Part shown: positions 57,600 to 64,000 of the stretch, one piece after another
How positions within the stretch are numbered: the first letter of the stretch is position 1
How the letters are laid out: the number at the start of each line of letters is the position of its first letter
IMG/VR virus record: IMGVR_UViG_3300020048_000103
Coordinates: 1 to 64,000 of that record
Reading direction: 5' to 3' (one strand)
DNA: 64,000 nt
Source of the DNA: a virus
Lineage: Duplodnaviria > Caudoviricetes
Notes under the pieces: model-generated
Database searches by the model: none
What the model was told of the DNA's origin: nothing
The model's input: only the letters and a program-made list of their open reading frames with translations
Translations under genes and position numbers: made by a program

Positions 57600-58214
57600 A
57601 TGCATAATTTTGAATTATCGTTAAATGAGGAAATTTCCATTTATACTAAAAGTGGTCTGACTCCTACCGAATTATTTATTGTAAAATTATTATTTCTTGC
57701 TATTGATGGAAACTCTAGTTTTCTTATTAATTATATTTCCAACATTTCTAATGGGAAACAATTATTAAAAGAAGTATTAGCATCATTAGTAAATAAAAAA
57801 GTAATAAATTCTACATTCAATATTCCAAAAGAAGGGGATACTTTAAATTTTAAATTAATTCCCTTTAACAAAAATTTTATTAAAATGTATGTAAAAGAAT
57901 CAAATGAAATGGGCAAAGAATTTTTTGATGCATATCCCCCGTTTATAAATATAAATGGAAAATTATGTAGCATTAAGAACTTTACCAAAGCAAATTTATA
58001 TTCATTTGAAGATTTTTGTATATTTTATACAAAGCAGTTAAAGAATGCTGCTGTAACTCATGAAAGAGTTATGGAGGCTTTAGAATATGCCAAAGAGCAT
58101 AATCTAATAAATTACACCATTTTAGAATTCATTTCTAGTAGAAAATATGAAGAAATAGAATACATAAGAAATAGTGGAAATGTTAACGGGTATCAAAACT
58201 CTGAACTTTTTTAA
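57600..58214 (+). CDS. Conserved protein upstream of the replicative helicase (possible loader/initiator)
   Basis: Position; FFDAYP motif; function inferred. Confidence 0.55.
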   Translation: MHNFELSLNEEISIYTKSGLTPTELFIVKLLFLAIDGNSSFLINYISNISNGKQLLKEVLASLVNKKVINSTFNIPKEGDTLNFKLIPFNKNFIKMYVKESNEMGKEFFDAYPPFININGKLCSIKNFTKANLYSFEDFCIFYTKQLKNAAVTHERVMEALEYAKEHNLINYTILEFISSRKYEEIEYIRNSGNVNGYQNSELF

Positions 58215-59281
58215 TGGGTTTTAAATCATTTTTAAAAGCTGTAAAGCAAGGGAAAGAAGGAAGAAATTTAGGTATACCAACTGGATTATCTAAATTAGAT
58301 ACTATCATTTATGGAATTCAAAAAAAATCATTAATAACTATAGGAGCAGATTCAGGTGCTGGTAAAACATCATTTGCAATTGCAACTTATGTCTATAATC
58401 TTATAAAAAATAGAGAGAATAATAAAATTTCTATTTTATATTATAGTTTTGAAATGAGTAAAGATGCATTATATGCAAAGCTTACTTCTTTATATCTATG
58501 GGACAAGTTTAAAGAAATAGTCCCTTATAAAGAAATTCTTTCTATGAAAGATATAATAAGCGATGAAAAATATAATTTAATCTTACAAAGTACAGACTGG
58601 TTAGAAACATTAGATTCTTATTTAGTTATTTATGATAAGGCCTTAAGTCCTGCTGCAATCTATGCTACTTCTAAAGAGTGGCTTAGCACTTTAGGATCAT
58701 TTGTTAAAATTGATGATCATAGGGAAGATTATATACCAAATGATGATAGGTTTAAGGTAATTATATGGGACCACGTTGGCTTAATAGCTGGTCCTGATAG
58801 TAAAAAATCTAAAATTGATACCGTAGCAGATTATGCTATTTATTTTAGAAATAAATGTGATATCACTGGTATTTTTGTTCAGCAATTGAATAGAAATGCT
58901 AAGTCTATGGATAGGAAACTCAATAATTATGAACTTATTGGGTTAGAAGATTTTAAAGACACCTCTGGAACTACAGATGCTTCTGAAGTTGTTCTTGCAT
59001 TATTTTTTCCTTTTAGAGAAAAGATTGCAAGATGTGAGGGGTATCCAATTCAAAATGTTTTAAAGAAAAAGTTCAGATTATGCCAAGTACTTAAAAATAG
59101 ATATGGTGATGCAGATTTAAATTTTGGAATGATATTCCATGGTGAGTTAGGTCTCTTTGGAGAACTTCCTAGACCAGAAGAAATTTCAGATTATTCTATT
59201 TATATGGATTTAAATAGAAATGTACAGATTATAGAAGACGAAGTAGATGAAGAAAATATTACAAATCTGTATAAATTTTAA
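58214..59281 (+). CDS. dnaB: DnaB-like replicative helicase
   Basis: PTGLSKLD, ADSGAGKT, YYSFEM, DHVGLI, QQLNR, VLKNRYG. Confidence 0.88.
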   Translation: MGFKSFLKAVKQGKEGRNLGIPTGLSKLDTIIYGIQKKSLITIGADSGAGKTSFAIATYVYNLIKNRENNKISILYYSFEMSKDALYAKLTSLYLWDKFKEIVPYKEILSMKDIISDEKYNLILQSTDWLETLDSYLVIYDKALSPAAIYATSKEWLSTLGSFVKIDDHREDYIPNDDRFKVIIWDHVGLIAGPDSKKSKIDTVADYAIYFRNKCDITGIFVQQLNRNAKSMDRKLNNYELIGLEDFKDTSGTTDASEVVLALFFPFREKIARCEGYPIQNVLKKKFRLCQVLKNRYGDADLNFGMIFHGELGLFGELPRPEEISDYSIYMDLNRNVQIIEDEVDEENITNLYKF

Positions 59282-59283
59282 AT

Positions 59284-60922
59284 ATGGCTGAACTTTGTGC
59301 CGTGGTTGGAGAATCTGGAAGTGGTAAATCAACCTCTTTAAGAAATTTAGATCCAACTAAAACGTTTATTATAAACGTAGCAAATAAACCTCTTCCTATT
59401 AGAGGTTATAAGAAAAATTATACACCACTAAAACAAGATCCTTCAACTAAAAAGTTTGAAGGGAATTTGTATAATACTAGTGATGTAGATAAGATATTAA
59501 AGATATTAAAAATCATAGATTCTACAATGCCTCATATAGAACAAGTTATTGTTGAGGATTCTCAATATATAATGAGTTTTGAAGCAATGGACAGAGCTCT
59601 TGAAAAAGGGTAGCATTTACATGCCCTAACCAATCTAATTGCGGGGATAACCTTAGAGTCTTTTTAACCAAATTATGATAGTAATATACATAATGGCTTT
59701 CAGTAATGATGAAAGGTATGGTAAAATCAAAAAGAATTGGTCAATCCGCATCCAAGTTTCCAAATTAAATTTTGGAAAAAGGTTCAACGACTATCTCCGT
59801 GAAGGGGAGTACATTAAAGTTATTAGTAACTTTTTTGGAAATGGTTGGAATTTTTATCATTTTTCTTTGCTATCTTTGTAAATAGTAATTTACTAAATTA
59901 GCAATATGGAAAAAATTAAAGGAAAAAGCAAATTACCGGAATATAAACAATGGAAATCAATGAAATCCAGATGTTATTCTCCGTCTGCAACAAAAGGAAA
60001 ATATAAAGAAAATAATATTCAGGTATGTCCTGAATGGTTAAATTCTTTCGAAACATTTTATTTAGATATGGGAAAATGTCCAGAAGGATTTACATTAGAA
60101 AGAAAAGATAATCTTGAAGATTATTCTAAAGTAAATTGTATTTGGGCAGACAGAACTACACAAAGTAAAAATCGAGAAGATTTTAATGATATTGTTTCTT
60201 ATAATGGAAAAACAATGGTATTAAAAGATTGGGCAAAAGAGTTAGGTATTAAATATACAACTCTTTATCAAAGAATTTACAGAAGTGGTTTATCTTTTGA
60301 AAATGCTATACAAAAAGATCCTTTTGGTAGACAAATTGAAATTAATGGAGTATATAAGACAATGAAAGAATGGGCTGAATTTTACAATGTAGAATATTCG
60401 CTTGTTACTAATCGTATATGCAAACATAAATGGGAAATTATAGATGCTTTAACAATTCCTAAAGGCCAGAGAAGGCTAAATAAAAATTAAGATATAGTCT
60501 GAACTTTATAGAAATATAAAGAGTTGCGTTATTAAGTAGCGCAGATTAACACAATTGATGAGAAGTTTACACAATTAGCACAACATTTTCATAGTATTTT
60601 AAAAGAAGCTATGAACATGAGAAGTAATTTAAAAGTATTTATATTTTGTCATTCTGACAATGTAGGAGATATTTTAAATCCACAGTTTAAAATTAAAACT
60701 ATTGGTCGCATGATTGATAATATGATTACTCTTGAGGGATTATTTACTTATGTGTTATTTACAGTAAGAACTGCTAATGAAAATAGAGAAATGGAATATA
60801 AATTCATGACCAATTCAGACGGCACAAATACTGCTAAAACTCCTATGGGATGTTTTGACTCCATACTTATAGATAATGATTTACAATATGTTATTGAAAG
60901 AATAAACGAATACAATGGTTAA
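59284..60922 (+). CDS. AAA ATPase (Sak4/AAA_24-like), spliced join(59284..59611,60558..60922), 230 aa
   Basis: GESGSGKST, IVEDSQY; the splice restores ALEKG-Y-EKFTQLA in frame with MNMRSN...AKTPMG. Confidence 0.88.
59612..60557 (+). mobile_element. Group I intron with a sense-strand HNH gene
   Basis: P1 AGGGT/GCCCT with U.G; AATTGCGGGGA, AATCCGCATCCAAG, GGTTCAACGACTA, AAGATATAGTCT; terminal G at 60557. Confidence 0.92.
59906..60490 (+). CDS. HNH homing endonuclease (intron-encoded)
   Basis: WKSMKSRC, VCPEWL, TLERKDN..DYSKVNC.WA...Q..N; TATCTTTG promoter at 59871-59878. Confidence 0.88.
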   Translation: MEKIKGKSKLPEYKQWKSMKSRCYSPSATKGKYKENNIQVCPEWLNSFETFYLDMGKCPEGFTLERKDNLEDYSKVNCIWADRTTQSKNREDFNDIVSYNGKTMVLKDWAKELGIKYTTLYQRIYRSGLSFENAIQKDPFGRQIEINGVYKTMKEWAEFYNVEYSLVTNRICKHKWEIIDALTIPKGQRRLNKN

Positions 60923-61454
60923 AAACGTAATAGTTACCTTTGAATTTGATACTGAAACTGACTCAGTTACTAATGTACAATGTTCAGTTGATGGAATTGA
61001 AAAAAAGAAAAGAACTACTAAGAAAAAATCTGAAGTAGTTGAAGAGATGGCAAGTGAAGCCATTATTACTTTAGAAGCTACTAAATTAGTTTTTAATAAT
61101 AAAGCTGTTGCTGATATGGGACTCACCCAAGAAGATAGAGTATTTGTAAAGTGGGAACAAAAAGGTAAAACTTTGTTTCCAATTATAGGAACTGATGAAG
61201 AAGTTGGTAATAAATTTACTAAATCCGGCACAGTTGCTTATAAAGGTGCTCAAAATGCAGTATTAGCAGAAATAGGTTCTGAATTTACCATTAAACCTTA
61301 TAAAGAAGGTACATGGGAATTAATTCCTACTAATGGTAATAGCAATATTAAAGCTGCTAAAGAAGTTATAGCGAAAGCTGAAAGAATAGATCCAGTTATA
61401 ATTGTAGATGACAATGAAAATACAGAGGTAGATAAATTTACATTTACAATATAA
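60915..61454 (+). CDS. Hypothetical protein, 179 aa
   Basis: ORF track. Confidence 0.75.
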   Translation: MVKNVIVTFEFDTETDSVTNVQCSVDGIEKKKRTTKKKSEVVEEMASEAIITLEATKLVFNNKAVADMGLTQEDRVFVKWEQKGKTLFPIIGTDEEVGNKFTKSGTVAYKGAQNAVLAEIGSEFTIKPYKEGTWELIPTNGNSNIKAAKEVIAKAERIDPVIIVDDNENTEVDKFTFTI

Positions 61455-61464
61455 AATAAACACA

Positions 61465-62181
61465 ATGAGTGACGGATATTCATTTAATAGTACCGCGGGA
61501 GCTTCACAAAGCACTGTAAAACCTAAATTAGTTGGAAATAGCATCCATACTGTTAAATTTGCAGGATGCGAACTGAAAGACGTTCAAGGCGTAAAAGAAG
61601 TTGATAAAGTTTACAGACAGTTAATACTTAAGTTCGAAAATGAAGATGGAGTTTTTGAGCATACTGTTTGGGAACCAAAACCTGAAGATTTTCAAAGAAA
61701 AGATTCAGAAATAAAAAATAAAAATGGAATGATGGAAAAAATTCCAAATCCATCTGGAGTAGAAACTATGATGCTTTTATTTAAGCATGTTATAGACTCT
61801 GTTAATCCAACTGTTGCTAAACAGATTGATAATAAAGAAAAAAGTTTAGGCGCCCCTAATTGGGAAAGCTTAAGAACTCTTGTTTCTAAAATTTTAGATG
61901 TTGGTAAAGGTACTACTACTAAAATTAAACTTCTTAAGAATAAAAATGGAGAAGCAGTATTTCCTGGATTCTTTTCCGGCTTAACAAAAGAAGGAAAAGC
62001 TTATATTAGAAATAATTTTATAGGCGATAAAATTTCCTTTAGTTCGTATGAAGCAGATAGAATTAAAAAAGAGGCTGCAGCTACTCCAACTCCTGCAGCT
62101 ACTTATAATCCAGGTAACTCCAGTGCTGGAACAGCGCCAGAGGATGATTTGGATATGAATTTTAATATCGCAGACTTATAA
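61465..62181 (+). CDS. Probable single-stranded DNA-binding protein
   Basis: Position between ATPase and primase region; flexible acidic tail APEDDLDMNFNIADL. Confidence 0.6.
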   Translation: MSDGYSFNSTAGASQSTVKPKLVGNSIHTVKFAGCELKDVQGVKEVDKVYRQLILKFENEDGVFEHTVWEPKPEDFQRKDSEIKNKNGMMEKIPNPSGVETMMLLFKHVIDSVNPTVAKQIDNKEKSLGAPNWESLRTLVSKILDVGKGTTTKIKLLKNKNGEAVFPGFFSGLTKEGKAYIRNNFIGDKISFSSYEADRIKKEAAATPTPAATYNPGNSSAGTAPEDDLDMNFNIADL

Positions 62182-62188
62182 ATAACTA

Positions 62189-63226
62189 GTGTATTCTTTA
62201 GAAGTATCTACTAAGATAACCAAAGAACTTTTGTTATCTAAAAGTTTCACTCAAGAAACTTATTTTGAGCACTATCTAGGAATACCTGTAAAAAAAGGAC
62301 TTTTTACCAGTCCTGCTATAATAAGAGTAGATCATAAACCTACTTGTTGTTTTTATAAAAGTAAACAAGGATTACTAATATATAAAGATTTTGCTGGACC
62401 AACATTCAATTTTATAGGTGCCGTAATGCACATATATAATTGTAGTTATTATGATGCTTTAAAAATAATAGCTAATGATTTTGGATTTATAGAAGCCTCT
62501 ATTCCTAAAAACTTACCCAAGATTCAATATACTGGGTATGAATTAAAGGAAACAGAAAGAGCAAAAATACAAGTTGAGTTTCAAGATTTTACTCAAAAAG
62601 AATTAAATTGGTGGGGGTCTTTTGGAATTTCTCAAAAGACCCTTACTAAATTTAAGGTATTTTCTATTAAATCTGTATTTTTAAATGGGTTGTACTTTTC
62701 CAGTTCTTCTGATAAATCTCCAGTTTTTGGATATTACGGAGGAGATGGAATTGATGATACAGAATTTTGGAGACTTTATATGCCTTCTAAAATAAAATAT
62801 AGATTTTTAACTAATTGGCCTTCTAATATGATACAAGGCGCAAAACAATTACCAAAATCCGCTAAATGTGTTCTTATAACAAAATCTTTAAAAGATGTTA
62901 TGCTTTTATATGAGCTTGGAATAACTTCCATAGCTCCTAATTCAGAAAATATTTTAATTACTCAGAATCAATTTAATAAATTGAAGTTTAAATATTCTGA
63001 AGTATTTGTATTTTATGATAATGATTTGCCAGGCGTAAAAGCAGCAAATAAATATAAAAAGAAATATGGTGTTAAATGTATCTTTATAAAACGAAAGTAC
63101 GCAAAAGATTTATCTGATTTATACAAAGTTATTTCTAGGACTCAATTTTGGATAGTTGTAGACGAATTAAATGAGATTTTAAGTGGCTCAAATATTAAAC
63201 AAACAAAACATTTTTATATATTTTAA
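62189..63226 (+). CDS. dnaG: DNA primase (TOPRIM)
   Basis: RVDHKPTC Zn-finger-like region, ITKSLKDVM, YDNDLPG, KDLSD. Confidence 0.85.
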   Translation: MYSLEVSTKITKELLLSKSFTQETYFEHYLGIPVKKGLFTSPAIIRVDHKPTCCFYKSKQGLLIYKDFAGPTFNFIGAVMHIYNCSYYDALKIIANDFGFIEASIPKNLPKIQYTGYELKETERAKIQVEFQDFTQKELNWWGSFGISQKTLTKFKVFSIKSVFLNGLYFSSSSDKSPVFGYYGGDGIDDTEFWRLYMPSKIKYRFLTNWPSNMIQGAKQLPKSAKCVLITKSLKDVMLLYELGITSIAPNSENILITQNQFNKLKFKYSEVFVFYDNDLPGVKAANKYKKKYGVKCIFIKRKYAKDLSDLYKVISRTQFWIVVDELNEILSGSNIKQTKHFYIF

Positions 63227-63666
63227 TGAAAAAAACTACGAATCCAGAAGAGAGTTGACCTGAAGAAGGGAAACCTGAGAAAAAGAAAAGGTCAGGGGCC
63301 TATTCTAAAACAAAAGGATCTGCATATGAAAGACAGATAGTGAATGAGTTAAAGGAGTTAACGGGTAATGGTAATATATGTACTTCTAGAAGTGAGTCTA
63401 AAAAATTAGATGATATGAAAATAGACATATTTGATCCAGATTCAATTTTACCTTGTTATTTTCAAACTAAAAAGACTCAAACTACTCCATCTGTCAAAAA
63501 AATAAATTCCGAAGTTGGCAAGGTTGATAAACCTTTATGTATACTTTGGAATATACAAGAAAAGAAGGAGGGTAATGTTAACATAACTTCTCAAGGAGAA
63601 TATGCTATAATACCTAAACAATTTTTTTATGAATTACTAAGAAATTTATATGATATAGATGACTAG
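63226..63666 (+). CDS. Holliday junction resolvase-like nuclease, 146 aa, TGA=Trp at codon 11
   Basis: TAATG coupling at 63226; TGA 63256-63258; then SKTKGSAYERQIVNEL...KIDI...QTK. Confidence 0.8.
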
Positions 63667-63847
63667 AGTTACCGATATTATAGAAAGATTTTTAAAAGAA
63701 AAATATGATGCAGATTTAGAATCTGAAGAAGTTCAAAGCTTAATATTTGATATTGAAGAAGTTCTTTTTATAATCATGGAAGAATCTTTTAAAGATGGGG
63801 TTGAAAGTGGTCTTTATCTAAATTCAGAACCTAATAAATTAAATTAA
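63659..63847 (+). CDS. Hypothetical protein
   Basis: ORF track. Confidence 0.6.
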   Translation: MTRVTDIIERFLKEKYDADLESEEVQSLIFDIEEVLFIIMEESFKDGVESGLYLNSEPNKLN

Positions 63848-64000
63848 TGAATATTATCTTAGATGTAGATGATGTAGTTTTAGCGTGGCATGAGGCTTAC
63901 GCTAAAAGGTATAAAATACCAATTCCAACTAGTTGGATACCTTATGACGTAATTAAGCCTCATTTAGAAGAATTAAGAACAAATAGACTATTTTGGGTAA
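63847..64000 (+). CDS. HAD 5'(3')-deoxyribonucleotidase-like protein, truncated by the window edge
   Basis: MNIILDVDDVV. Confidence 0.6.
   Translation, partial: MNIILDVDDVVLAWHEAYAKRYKIPIPTSWIPYDVIKPHLEELRTNRLFWV

Noticed and set aside
2448-59281. Inteins in terminase, PolA or helicases
   Set aside because: Lengths are normal and no C...HN-[CST] junction or LAGLIDADG blocks were seen
59675-59881. 68-aa ORF
   Set aside because: It lies over the catalytic core of the group I intron
1-64000. CRISPR array, DGR template/variable repeats, integrase or rRNA
   Set aside because: No regularly spaced repeats, no adenine-variant repeat pair or reverse transcriptase, no recombinase motifs; MCL similarity is protein-level paralogy

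Overview
A 64 kb segment of a large, AT-rich crAss-like (Crassvirales-type) phage of a Bacteroidota host, judged from the terminase, DNA replication gene order and TAnnTTTG promoters. It has two divergent arms that meet in a non-coding region at about 15.9-16.4 kb. The left arm (minus strand) carries the late genes: lysis, terminase and tail/virion proteins. It uses TGA as Trp, with about 30 in-frame TGAs, several at conserved Trp positions, and is headed by a phage suppressor tRNA with anticodon TCA. Recoding hides a GH16 glycoside hydrolase, an SGNH O-acetylesterase, the full terminase and the endolysin C-terminus from the supplied ORF track. The right arm (plus strand) carries early and replication genes and still uses TGA as a stop. 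It holds four further canonical tRNAs and a tmRNA interrupted by a group I intron with an antisense HNH gene. A second group I intron with an HNH gene splits an AAA ATPase. An NAD+ salvage / ADP-ribose island (NAMPT, NadM-Nudix, macrodomain) is interleaved with seven of nine copies of an 'MCL' paralog family. The replication module comprises PolA, SF2 and DnaB helicases, SSB, primase and resolvase. The most unusual signal is a set of tRNA-shaped RNAs whose acceptor, D and T arms are largely intact but whose anticodon arms are altered. These include an apparently circularly permuted tRNA and a tRNA(CAT) split by a cassette carrying an odd TAT-anticodon RNA plus an HNH gene. All calls are by eye; no searches or folding programs were run.
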